From the human T2T-CHM13v2.0 reference genome, Homo sapiens: a DNA stretch of 64,000 bases. Numbering within the stretch: position 1 is the stretch's first letter; the number at the start of each line of letters is the position of its first letter. Below are positions 15,301-27,588 of this stretch, one piece after another. Position numbers and translations under genes: made by a program. Where the stretch lies: assembly GCF_009914755.1 (NCBI RefSeq), contig NC_060925.1; one strand, written 5' to 3'. Under the pieces are notes generated by a model, which saw only the letters and a program-made list of their open reading frames with translations, ran no database searches and was not told where the DNA came from.

Positions 15301-15686
15301 TAGTTGTAATAGCCCTGTCTCCTCACACCTCAGCTTTAGCTAGGAGGACTGGCACTCCTCAGAGGCCAGCATGGACCAGAGCCAAGCTTTTGCTGTGTAT
15401 AGTTAATGCCTCTTGACTTGCAGGCAGTTGTAGCAAACCTAACTCTCTTAGGTTAAAGCTGATGGACAAAGAAGGCACAGCCCCAGGACTTTACAGCTCT
15501 ACTTATTCCAAGGATGTTCCCAGAAGGATCAATTTGGTTAGTTCTGGATTGAGCCCGTGAGGAAAGGGTCACTAACTTGACCTATCTACTTACCTCAGAG
15601 CATCCTTGAAAGAGTCAAATAAGAGAGTGGATATGAAGGTAATTTGTAGTAAACAGCAACAATACCTTAGAAAATGTTAGTTTTGG

Positions 15687-15971
<285 letters not shown>

Positions 15972-16022
15972 GAAAATGTTAGTTTTGAAAGGAAACAGTT
16001 CAACATATAAAGATCTCACTTA

Positions 16023-16318
16023 GCTGGGTGCTGTAGCTCCTGCCTATAATCACAGCTACTCAGAAGCCTGAGGTGGGAGAATCACTTCAGCGTGCAGAAG
16101 TTCAAGACCTGCCTGGGCAACATACCAAGACCTTGTCTGTACACAACAAACAAACAACAGCAACAAAAAAATTAGCTGAGTATGGTGGCACATACCTGTA
16201 GTCCTAACTGCTCAGGAGGCTGAGGCAGGAGGATGCTTGAGCCTAGGAGTTTGGTGTTGCAGTGAGTTATGATCGTGCCACTACACTCCAGCCTGAGTGA
16301 CAGAGTGAGACCCCATCT
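16023..16318 (+). mobile_element. Alu (J-like)
   Basis: Diverged Alu dimer. Confidence 0.88.
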
Positions 16319-16856
16319 ATTTTGAAGAGGCAAAGAAGAAAGTTCCCTGATGTTTCTTTCATGAGGCACTTTCTGTTTGCTCTCATTCTTATTTGCTTTC
16401 TTCTGTCTTGTGGATGGGGATGCCTCTTAACTACTGGCAGCAAGATACTGCAAGAGCAAAGGTAGCAAACAGCTGAATTCTATGACAATAGAACTTGGTT
16501 AAAAGTGTTGTTTCAGTGTATCAGATGACAAGAGATGGTGATAAGGGCCCTACAGTACAGACATTTGCAACTCTAGCCAAGGAAACATACTTCAGAGGAC
16601 ATTGTAGAGAAAGGACTGTCATCTAGTGGAGGAGAGATTTTTAAGTAACTATATAGGGTGGGATTGTAAAGAGATGGGGAGGATGAACAGCTGTGATCCG
16701 GAGTTGACATTCTTGAGATGGGCTGGTCAGCTGCACTCTGTTACATCTGGCACCTACATTCTATGCCAGTCTCTGTCCTAGGCCCTGGAGCTAGGTAAGA
16801 TGTGGCTCATGCTTGTGATAGGAGACAGGGACAGTTTCAATGCATGGTGGTATTAG

Positions 16857-17193
<337 letters not shown>

Positions 17194-17589
17194 GATCTTT
17201 TTGCTTTGTTTTGTTTTTAGCTGCTGTGTCCCCAACACCTGGAAGAACTGAGCTTCTGGAATCTAATAGATGCTAAATAAATATTTGTTGCATGAATGAT
17301 AGTGGTATGAGAGGAAGAGGGAAAAAAAACGGAAAAAGGCTTCTTGGAAGAGGTGACACTTGAGGTAAGTATTGACAGGCTTTAATATGCCAGATCAACA
17401 AGGTGGCGAGGGCTTTCTAGGAAGAGGGAACTGTGTTCTTAGGCCACAGTCTATTAGAGATGGGGGGACAAGGTAAAAGTTATTTTGCAGAGAAGATTCT
17501 TGGGATGAATCCCTTGCCCATCACATCACTTAAAGGCAGGCACTGGAGTTGTCTGTACTGTGCTCACCACGGACAGCTGGATGGTGTGA

Positions 17590-17976
<387 letters not shown>

Positions 17977-19177
17977 TGCAAACTAGTTTCTTAAACAGCT
18001 TATCCTCAGGCTCACTGAGCACGAAGAGAGCTGAATGAAGTAACTGGATGAGTAAGTAATGATACTTTTTAAAGTAACATTGAAAAGACAGATGTTACAC
18101 AATTTGTATTTTTGCTTGAGAAGCCATCCCTTCAAAGCAGTTACATAGTGAGGCTGTTCACTTATTCGTAGAGGTGCTGCTGCAATATTTTCTAAGTGTC
18201 TTTGTAACTGGAGAAAAGCTCTCAAGCCTATAGGGCATGCTTTTAAATGTCCTCAGTGTTGGCAGGACTGCCTTTTGGGGAAACATTTTAACATTCAAGT
18301 CATCTGGAGCTGGAACACATGAACAACAGCTGTGGAATCCACCCACTCTCCATACACATTGCTGCTGAAAGCCTTTTTCACCTGGATTACTGGCACAGCT
18401 GCCCAGATGACCCTTCTGCTGCCAGTACCTTTTTCAATTCATGTTCTACACCATGTCGCTCATTTAACGAATCTTTTAAGGTATTATGTGTCAGGCACTA
18501 AGATGCCCAAGGAAGTCACAGTCTGGTGGGGAACATTTAATTAGAGCAATACAGTGTGTTAAGATGGGAGGGATTCTTAACCTAGTAGCATCTGAGCCAA
18601 GACCTAGAGGATGAAGAATTAAGCAGGCAAAGAGGAAGGAGGAAAGGAAGAGTGTTGTATGTAGAATTTTATGTAATACTCCAAACGTAACAGTGGCTAA
18701 AGGACTCCACTAGATGACAGTCCTTTCTCTACGATGTCCTCTGAAGCATGTTTACTTGGCTGGAGAGTTGCAAGTGTCTATTCTGTAGGGCCCTTGTAAT
18801 ATTTCACCATCTCCCTTGTCATCTGATACACTGAAGCAACACTTTTAACCAATTTCTATTTTCATAGAATTCAGCTGTTTGCTACCTCTGCTCCTGCAGT
18901 ATCCTGCAGCCAGTAGTTACAAGCACCTGGAAGGTTGGACAGGGAATACAAGAGAAGACTCTAAGACTTCTCTTAGAAGTCATAGAGTCCAGTAAACCAC
19001 ATTATGGAATCTGGACTACCCTAAGGGTAATAGTAGTCACTGGAAGATTTTAAGTAAGACAGTGTCATGATCAGATAGATGTTCTCAAAAGAACTTTCTG
19101 GCTGTTGTGGTGGGTAATATTAGAGTAAGAAAGAGGTAGAGAGGTGTGGTTAGTAGCCAACAGCACTGCTCTATGCT

Positions 19178-19398
19178 AGGGGTCAGCCGACTACACTCCG
19201 TTTTTCTGTGGCTCATGAGCTAAGAATACAAATGGTTTTTAAAATGTTTAAATAGTTGAAAATATGTAAAGATTCGTGTCATGTAAAAATTAAGGCTGTT
19301 TTCAAGCTCCAAACCTGAGTAGTAAGTCAGAACCATATGGTCGGCCAAGCTTATATTATTAACTATTTGGCTCTCACAGAAAAAGGTTCCTACCCCTT
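19178..19398. mobile_element. MER58-like hAT-Charlie element
   Basis: Termini aggggtcagccgact ... aaggttcctacccct; internal catgagctaagaat...ggttttta. Confidence 0.65.
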
Positions 19399-20629
19399 GC
19401 TCTAAGCAATTGGTGATGATGGCCTACAGTAGTGACAGTAGGAATGAAAAGACTCTGAATTGACATTTAGAGGGTTTAGGACTGACTCAAGAACGCCTTT
19501 AGGAGGTGGAACTCACAGGCCTAGACGGCATTGGTAGGGGTAAGGAATACTGCATTAGCCTCCTAACTGCTTTCTCTACTTCCATTCCTTGCCCCTCTGC
19601 AACCCATTCTCCACTCCGCAGCCATTTTTAAAAAGATGCCCCTCCCTACTTATGACTCTAAAATTGCTCTTCTCACTCTTCCCCTCAGGATATATTTCCA
19701 ATTAAATATACCTAAGTGACTGCCCACCTCTGCAACCCAATGTCACATTCGAGTCTTACTGAACTACTTGACTGCATTTCCCGAGATCTCACCTCTTCTC
19801 GCCTGTACCCTGTGCGCGGAAAGTCAGCCCTCCACCTTCTCCCTGCTTCCACTCCCAAAATACTTCGTGGTTTTGCAGCTCTGGAGTATTTACCGTGTTG
19901 GCTGTTTAAATTTCTGCCTCCATCAGAAGGCAGAAACTGACTCGCGAACTATTCCATCCCCAGCCGATAGTAGACGCTTAAAAAAGAACGAAAGAAGGTG
20001 GGTGGAGGACTTCAGTAACATCAGGTGGCAGCCTCAATTTTATCGTTTGTGAAACGTGGATAGTAATCCCTCTATCACGTGGCTGTTGCAGGAATAAAGT
20101 GAAAAAACAAAACAGGCTAGCTTGTTCAATAAATGTGAGTTGAATTAAATCTGATTTGTGGTCAGTAGAAAAAGATGTGAATACTTGGAAAGGAAGACAC
20201 ATTTTTTTAAATATATGCCTGGTAAAACGGATCAGAAGGCAGGTCCCCATGGAGCACACCCTCGCCCTAAACATGCTGAACCCGGGCTGCCATAGCCTGC
20301 GTGGTCCCTCCAAGGTGACTGCTCCGACAAAAGGGTACGCTCTTCAAACGCATACGTTTAAGGCAATTCCAGAAACCCTCGGCTGTGCCGCGACTACACG
20401 GCCATTAAAGAAAAGACGACTCTATGCCCGCCGTAATGTTCTCAGATCACAGGGACCGTATTTGGAGCTGGGAGGGAGGGAAGCCTTTTCTTCACGGGGG
20501 GCTAAGGCGTCTTCGAGCCCCCTTCCAATCCCGGGTCCGGCCGGGTAATCCCTGCCCAGCGTTCGGGCGTGCCTTTTTTTCAGCCGAGACACAACCCTGA
20601 ACGTGGGGCCCGCCAGCCCGGCGGCTGCC

Positions 20630-20925
20630 TCGTGGAAGTCACGTTCCTTCTGCCCGTCCTCTCGGGTACTCTATGGTTTTCGTGGCCGACTACTCTAATT
20701 CTAGTTCCGGTCTCTATGGCGGCCGGCGGAGGCAGGAACGGTTGTAGGTCGACTGAATTAGCCGCCAAAGGTCCAATGAGAATGGAGGACTGATAAAATA
20801 TTAGCCAATAGAAGCTAGGGATTGGGGTCAGGTGGGCAGATTGACAGTACCACTGGCCAGTGAACAACGCCTAGGGCGGGTCGCTCGTAGGGCTTATCCC
20901 GCCTGTCCCGCCATTCTCGCTAGTT
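20630..20925 (+). promoter_or_regulatory. YBX1 TATA-less core promoter (CCAAT boxes, GC box, ETS-like and YY1-like sites)
   Basis: CCAAT at 20773-20777 and 20805-20809, inverted ATTGG at 20821-20825, GGGCGGG at 20874-20880, TTCCGG at 20705-20710, ATGGCGGC near 20716; no TATA box. Binding itself is inferred. Confidence 0.75.
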
Positions 20926-21060
20926 CGATCGGTAGCGGGAGCGGAGAGCGGACCCCAGAGAGCCCTGAGCAGCCCCACCGCCGCCGCCGGCCTAGTTACC
21001 ATCACACCCCGGGAGGAGCCGCAGCTGCCGCAGCCGGCCCCAGTCACCATCACCGCAACC
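20922..21060 (+). other. YBX1: YBX1 5' UTR (about 140 nt; TSS approximate)
   Basis: GC-rich AUG-free leader before accATGa; length taken from my recollection of the major YB-1 mRNA. Confidence 0.7.
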
Positions 21061-21226
21061 ATGAGCAGCGAGGCCGAGACCCAGCAGCCGCCCGCCGCCC
21101 CCCCCGCCGCCCCCGCCCTCAGCGCCGCCGACACCAAGCCCGGCACTACGGGCAGCGGCGCAGGGAGCGGTGGCCCGGGCGGCCTCACATCGGCGGCGCC
21201 TGCCGGCGGGGACAAGAAGGTCATCG
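21061..21226 (+). CDS. YBX1: YBX1 exon 1 coding part (Ala/Pro-rich N-terminal domain)
   Basis: [28 protein letters not shown]...GGDKKVI; TCG|GTGAGG donor; 166 nt, phase 1. Confidence 0.98.
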
Positions 21227-21897
21227 GTGAGGACCGGACAGGGACGGGGGTGGGGCCCTCGGGCAGCCCAGCAGCGGAACCGTTAGCCGGAGCTGGGCGA
21301 GCCGGCGGGCGCGCGGCCGGTGGGCACCGACTCCGCGGCGCGCGGCCGCCCATCCCCCCCGTCCCCCCCTCACTCCCTCTCGCGGGGACCCGCCCGGCAG
21401 GCGCGCGCGCACTGCCTCCCGCGCCCCCTGTGGACCCCGCGCGGCCGCGCGCCCCTCCCCCTGCGGCCGCGCGCCGCCGACCGCGTGTGCGACGGGGTCC
21501 CCTCCCCGCCGACCGGCCTCGTGCGCTCGGGCCCGCACGCCGTTGTTCGCGTCACCCCCACCCAGCTCCCTTCCGCGTGTGCTCGGAGGGCGCGGCGCAC
21601 CGCCTACGCAGGCCGGAGCGGCTTCCCCTTCCCTCACGTGCTCTCCGTCCGCGGCCTGCGCACACACCCATCCTGGGGCCCGCGCCCCGGGCCTGCCCTG
21701 GAGCGCCCCGCGCTTCAGACTCACCCACGTGTGCGGCGGCGGCGGCGACTGCGTGGCCCCGCACCCGGGCGGTGGAGAGAAAGGGCTGTCAGGTGGCCGC
21801 GGCGGCCGGCGTGCGAGGGACCGGATGCCCAAGCCGGGCGGATTTGGAAAAGGATAGCTGGTAATCGTGGCTTGTTTTGCTTTGTTTTCTTTTCCAG

Positions 21898-21961
21898 CAA
21901 CGAAGGTTTTGGGAACAGTAAAATGGTTCAATGTAAGGAACGGATATGGTTTCATCAACAG
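21898..21961 (+). CDS. YBX1: YBX1 exon 2 (cold-shock domain, RNP1 NGYGFI)
   Basis: ttttccag| acceptor; [22 protein letters not shown]; CAG|GTGAGC donor; 64 nt. Confidence 0.98.
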
Positions 21962-23372
21962 GTGAGCTGCCGGGCTCTGAAGCCTCCATCCCACCTTCTT
22001 GCTTGCTTCCTGCTCTGTCGGCTTCTCGGGGCTTGGGAAGCCCCAATCCACAGCTCTGTTCTGAAAGGCGTTTACTACCTCTGGTGTATTAGTATGATTT
22101 TTTGTTGTTGTTGTTTTCCTTGATTAGGGATTAGTGGATCTAGAGAATGCCTTTGTTTTGCAGCTAAATATTAATTTGAAGCTAACTTAAAAGGCTTCGT
22201 CACAGTACAAAGCAATTCAAAAGGCAAGCGGAGTGAATGAGCCATTCCTTAACAGGGTAAACGGGAAACTACGGTCCAGTACATTTTTATCCTTGTCATC
22301 TTTTTCTACTTTATTGAACTCGGTATTTGAGAATGTGATCCACTGACATCGGATATTTATACATTGTTAACGTTTTAGGGTAAGAGGATTTGACTATATG
22401 AGGTTTTGTCATCTTTACCGAGAGGTTGTATTGCCTTTGTTTCACGTTTCATTTTAATACCTGAGATAAATTTTGTCTTAGCACAGCTTTGACCAGAGAG
22501 AACTGTTTTTATTTGCTCATCCAGTAAATAATATATTTACAAGAAAGTGGTTTTTTTTCCTTCTTCAGTTCTTATTTTTCATTCTTCCTTGTCCTAGAAT
22601 CATAACTGGTTAAGTCGATTTCTGTTAGATCCCTGGCTGTAGCTTATTAGAGTGGCCATAGTCACTGGTAACTTGACATTTTTCTTCCTGTTTGAAGGCA
22701 AAGCTGCAGACACGTCTTTAGGACTTACCCTTCGGGTTGTTTGTAGGAGTGGTGGTGGTAACGTGCAGTAGACGCACTGTATTCCATGGGCTCCCTTGTA
22801 AGCCGGGCATCATTTTCAAGATGGCTGCCAAGGCTAGTAGTGCTAGTTACATGGGTGCAGAGCACTGGGTATGCCAGTAGCAATCTTGGCCTCACAGGTA
22901 TGGTACTTAGTGCCATCTCAGCATTGTCTTGCTTGCTTACTGTAGAAGACCTAAGCAGATGATTAAAAGAACAATGTGGAATGGACAACAAATGGGCAAA
23001 ATCAAGCTTAAGGACAGAATCATTGCCTGATGAAAAACTGTTCATTAATCAATCATAGAGTATTGTGGAAACACTCAGAGTAAGAGATAAGCATTTGGTG
23101 ATCTATTCTCTACTTTTGCAATTGTGGGAAAATATTTTGTTTCTTCCAAAATCTTAGGATTTTCCATCTTGTTATATACTGTTTGCTTTCCTGGCTGGCC
23201 GAAACTACGTTTTTCATTAATTTTTTGATAATGGCTTACTAGCAAGAAGGAAGGGAATGCTTATATATAATTGGCATACTGATAGCTTTTTAACTGATCT
23301 CTCTGAACTTTCTAGTGTTTTAGTTTGTATTTCTGTCTTACTCTGATTATCGTTACTAGTCTAACCCTTAAA

Positions 23373-23521
23373 CCAGTGGTTTTCAAATTTAAGTGTGCTT
23401 ACCTTGGGAGGGTGTGATGTAAGTGGTGAGTTCCTCCTTCTGAGCCTTGGATTCATTAGGTCTGGGTACATTTTTAACAGGAATGATAATGGTCTTCGGG
23501 CCATACCTTCAAAATCACTGC
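23373..23521. mobile_element. MER5-like fragment
   Basis: cagtggttttcaaatt ... ccataccttcaaaatcactg termini. Confidence 0.55.
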
Positions 23522-25788
23522 TTTTAACCCTTGACCCAATGTAATGGTAACTCTGGTGTGCAAATTTGCAGCCTTTTCAGCGGATAGATTGCAGGTTTTG
23601 TATGTGTTGAAGAAGTTTTAGCATGTGCCTTGTTTCGCTGCATTTTTTTTAAGTAGGCATAGGTTATGACATTTTTTGAAATCAACAGTTTTGTCCAGAA
23701 TAAGAGTAATATCTTTACATTTTTTAAGTATTTAGTCCATGAGATACTGTTCATTGAATATCTCTATTCTGAATTGGAATCAACTCAATTGGTCATCCTC
23801 CAGGGCAAGTTATGAATTGGCTTTTGATGGTCCTTTGTTTGGACTATCCTAACCTCAATTATTTTGTCAAATTAACTGGTTAAAATGTTCTTTATGCTTC
23901 TGAACTGGTTTTAATGATTCTGGGACTTTTTTAATAAGATGCTGTAAAATCTGACTCCAATTAAATACAGGGAAGATTTGCTTTAATTAAGGAAAATGTA
24001 TGTGATAAAAGAAATCACTTTGGAAGCTAGCAGTTGGTTCTATATGTAGTTCGTGTAGTGGAACAAATAGACTTGGCTGGAGGCACCTGTCTCTTATGAG
24101 GGAGGGAGACAGACTGACACATAACGTGCTGTTTTCTGTATAAAGGAGAGGGTGCAGTGTTCGGGATGACTATTGTGACGACTTTTAATTGGGGTTTTTG
24201 GATGCGCTGGATTATATATGCTAGGATTGTAAGGAATTTTTATAATTACAATATTGTATGTAAATTTTCTGCCTTTAAAGACATAATTTCATTGTAAATG
24301 TGTTTATTCCAGCCTGAATTACCACCTGATGAATTGTTACAACCTTGTTAGAATTAATTCATGAAAGGGCTTCTCCCTGATGGTTATATTGTGAAGAAGG
24401 TGCTAAGTAACATGAGCATAGAGCTTTTAAAAATAGCAGAAGTTTTGGCTTTATTTTGTTAGACTGTGTAATCTAGAAATTCTAAGAAATTCATTGAGTT
24501 ATTCTTTTGTGAACTGTGTCTACAAAACATAATCGGAGAATGTGACTAGAGGGGTTTATTAGCTCCCCCCAGATTACTGTTGAATTTTGTTAGTGGTTGA
24601 GTATTGATCCATATTCACCAAAGATTACCATGAATTGGCAACAGTTTATAGTGACCAGAATAGGAATATTTTTCTGTTTCCAGAGTACTTAAAATGTTTA
24701 AATTAATAATTCTTAATGTTTTGAGGTGAAAGAATTTGGAGCAGAGGTCACAAATTTGTGACCTTCTGGCTAAAACTACTCCCAGATGCTTTGATTAGAC
24801 AGTACAGTATTTTTTAAAGGAATTGGGATTAATTACTAACATTTATAATTCAGGAGATAACACCAAGTAATCCAGATTATTATATTTTTAAGATCTGAAC
24901 TTTAGCTGGCTTTGGGGGCCTGTATTTCCACATAAGTAAAAACCACCTGGCCATATTGTCACCACATTTAGGTGGGGTATACTTTTTTTACGACAGCCTT
25001 CACGCCTGGCCTCTGTGTATGCATTTGAGTTTATTACCCATGGTCTAGGAAGATGTAATAAACCAAGCCAGGGAAAGGTTTGGCTATCTCTCTTTAGTCA
25101 CGCCTATCAGGTTTAGTCTCCCTTTGGGGTGGGGGCTCCCTTGTGGGGATTCCATATGTACATAACTGATAGGTGACTTCCAACACATGTTGGTGAAAAT
25201 AGATACAGCTAACAAGTATTTATACTAGGGTCTATAGTAAGTGCTTAAAATGAGCCAATTTACTTAATCTTTAAAAACCTTTGAGGCGTAGGTACTGTCA
25301 TTCTGAGGCACAAAGGAGTTGTTACTTGTCCCCATAAGCATAGGTGATAAGTGGCAGGATTGGAACTGTTTTTTGACTCTGGAGTTAGTGTTCACCAACT
25401 GCTCTTATGCTGTCTCTGAAATAGACCCTAGCCATTTTCAATTTGGTTGTTGTCCACATAGTTACAGATAATTTCTTAGGGTGATTATTTTTAGCCGTTG
25501 AAAGACTCTTAAATGATCCAAGTATGTCACTGGGGCTCTTGTCTGCTGACTTGCTAGGTCCTGGATTTGAAAAGTTTTCTGCCTTTCACTATCTACTTTG
25601 TGAAGTTTGGGATTGTTAAAAGTTCTAGTTTAGCATGTAGGTCAGCTATACAAATAAAAGGACTTGCTTAATTCCTGATACTGGGAGGTGAAGAATTAAA
25701 GGAGAGAATGTTGCACCTTATCTCCCTTAATCTTTTTTTTTTGTATGGCCTGCAAGGTAAGACTGAATATTGCCTTTTTAAAGGGTGA

Positions 25789-26076
25789 TTTTTCTTGAGA
25801 TGGAGTTTCACTCTTGTCACCCAGGCTGGAGTGCAATGGCACGATCTTGGCTCACTGCAACTCCGCCTCCCAGGTTCAAGCGATTCTCCTGCCTCAGCCT
25901 CCCGAGTAGCTGGGATTACAGGCGCCCGCCACCACACAGGCTAATTTTGTATTTTTAGTGGAAACAGGGTTTCTCCATGTTGGCCAGGCTGGTCTCAAGC
26001 TCCTGACCTCAGGTGATCCACCCGCCTAGGCCTCCCAAAGTGCTGGGATTACAGGTGTGAGCCACTGCGCCCGGCC
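25789..26076 (-). mobile_element. Alu (S-like) with TSD aaagggtgatttt
   Basis: TSD copies at ~25781 and 26079. Confidence 0.94.
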
Positions 26077-26675
26077 TCTAAAGGGTGATTTTTTTTTCTT
26101 TTTTAAAGGTGGCGGTGTAAAGTACTTACTGTGTGGTTGTTGGTTGTTTGAAGTGGAGTCTCTCTGTGTTGCCCATATGGGTCTTGCACTCCTGGGCTCA
26201 AGTGATCTTCCAGCTTCAGCCTCCCAAATGTGTGGTTCTTAATAGAAGTGTAAACCTTTGGAAGGATGTCATTACCAAAAATCTCTTGGGCTGTTAAAGT
26301 CACACTGATCTTAACTTGATCACAGTAGATCCATTGCTAAGCCACATAAGTCATGGGTAGACCGTAACATAACTGACAAAATGTTTTGGCACTAGGGAAG
26401 GTTTAAAGACTTTTCTGCAGGTGCTGCTAAGGGAGAGATGTCGAAGGTTCCAAACTGGAACCCTAAAGACAAACATCAATGACATGTATGCAGGAGACAT
26501 TAGGAGAGATTTGTATGCTGGTTATATTAACCATTGATCTTAAGCTGGCAAGAAGTCATCCGTGTTCACCAAGTCACTGATACGTGACTTGGAGAATACT
26601 AGTAGGTCCCACTCCCTGTGTCCTCCCAAAGTACAATCCTTTACTCTTGAAATCTAGGATAGAGAACTAGTATCC

Positions 26676-27588
26676 AGTTTGACTCGTGAACAATGTGAGT
26701 TTGAACCACACAAGTCCACTTACACACAGATTTTTTTTGATAAATATATTGGAAAAATGTTTGGAGATTTGCAACAACCTGAAAACTTCAGATGAACCAC
26801 ATAGCCAAGAAGTATCCCCCAAAATAAGGAAAAGTTGAGTATGTTGTAGATACTAGTCTGTTTTATTATTTACTACCATAAAATGTACACAAATGCATTA
26901 GAAAGTTAATACAGCCATTTGCAGTTGAGAAATGTAAACAAACATAAAGATTCAGGCAGCATTAAATCATAACTGCACGACATTCACTGTAGTAATATTG
27001 TACTATTATAATATGTAGCCACTGCCTATTGCTACTGCAGTGAGCCCCTTAAAATGCCATGTGACGCTAATCATCTTCACATGAACAGTTTATCTCTCCA
27101 GTAAATTGCATGTCAGTAAAAAGAACTTGTAGTACACAGGTATTGTGGTTTAGTGCAATACTGTAAGTCTTCAATAGCACCATGGGACCCATGCAAAGTG
27201 GCGCTAGTGATGCTGAGAAAAGTCATGGCATTGTAAGAAAAAGTTCAGTTGCTCGATATGTGCTATAGATGAGGTCTACAGCTGGAATTACCTTTCAGAC
27301 AGATGTACACTTACCGTATCGATAAGTGCAGTACTGTACATGTATTTTCTCTTACAACTTTCTTAGCATTTTCTTTTCTGTAGCTTTATTGCAAGAATAC
27401 AGTATATAATACATATAAGACAGAAAATGTGTTAAGGATTTATGTTACCAGTAAGGCTTTCCAGTCACGAGTAAGCCATTAAATTTTGGAAGAGTCAAAA
27501 GTTACAGGCAGATTTCAACTGTGCAGCAGGTTGGCACCTCAAACTTCTATCCACCCTCATAGATACTGAGTTATTCAAGGATACACTG
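26676..27588. mobile_element. Tigger2-family (MER28/MER8-related) DNA transposon, internally deleted
   Basis: Degenerate TIRs cagtttgactcgtgaacaa ... ttattcaaggatacactg(ta); gtttgaaccacacaagtccactta subterminal match. Confidence 0.7.

Larger units (their letters stand above)
20300..21850. promoter_or_regulatory. CpG island over YBX1 promoter, exon 1 and intron 1
   Basis: Very high GC and CpG density relative to the CpG-depleted flanks. Confidence 0.93.

Noticed and set aside
20871-22123. Long ORFs on both strands in the CpG island (20871-21353 -, 21221-22051 -, 21320-22123 +, read-through 21061-21864 +)
   Set aside because: Stop-codon depletion in very GC-rich DNA; low-complexity Arg/Pro/Ala/Gly products. 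The real exon 1 ends at the 21226 donor.
22827-22900. H/ACA snoRNA-like hairpin followed by ACA
   Set aside because: No ANANNA H box or convincing first hairpin; kept only as structure within the candidate exon.
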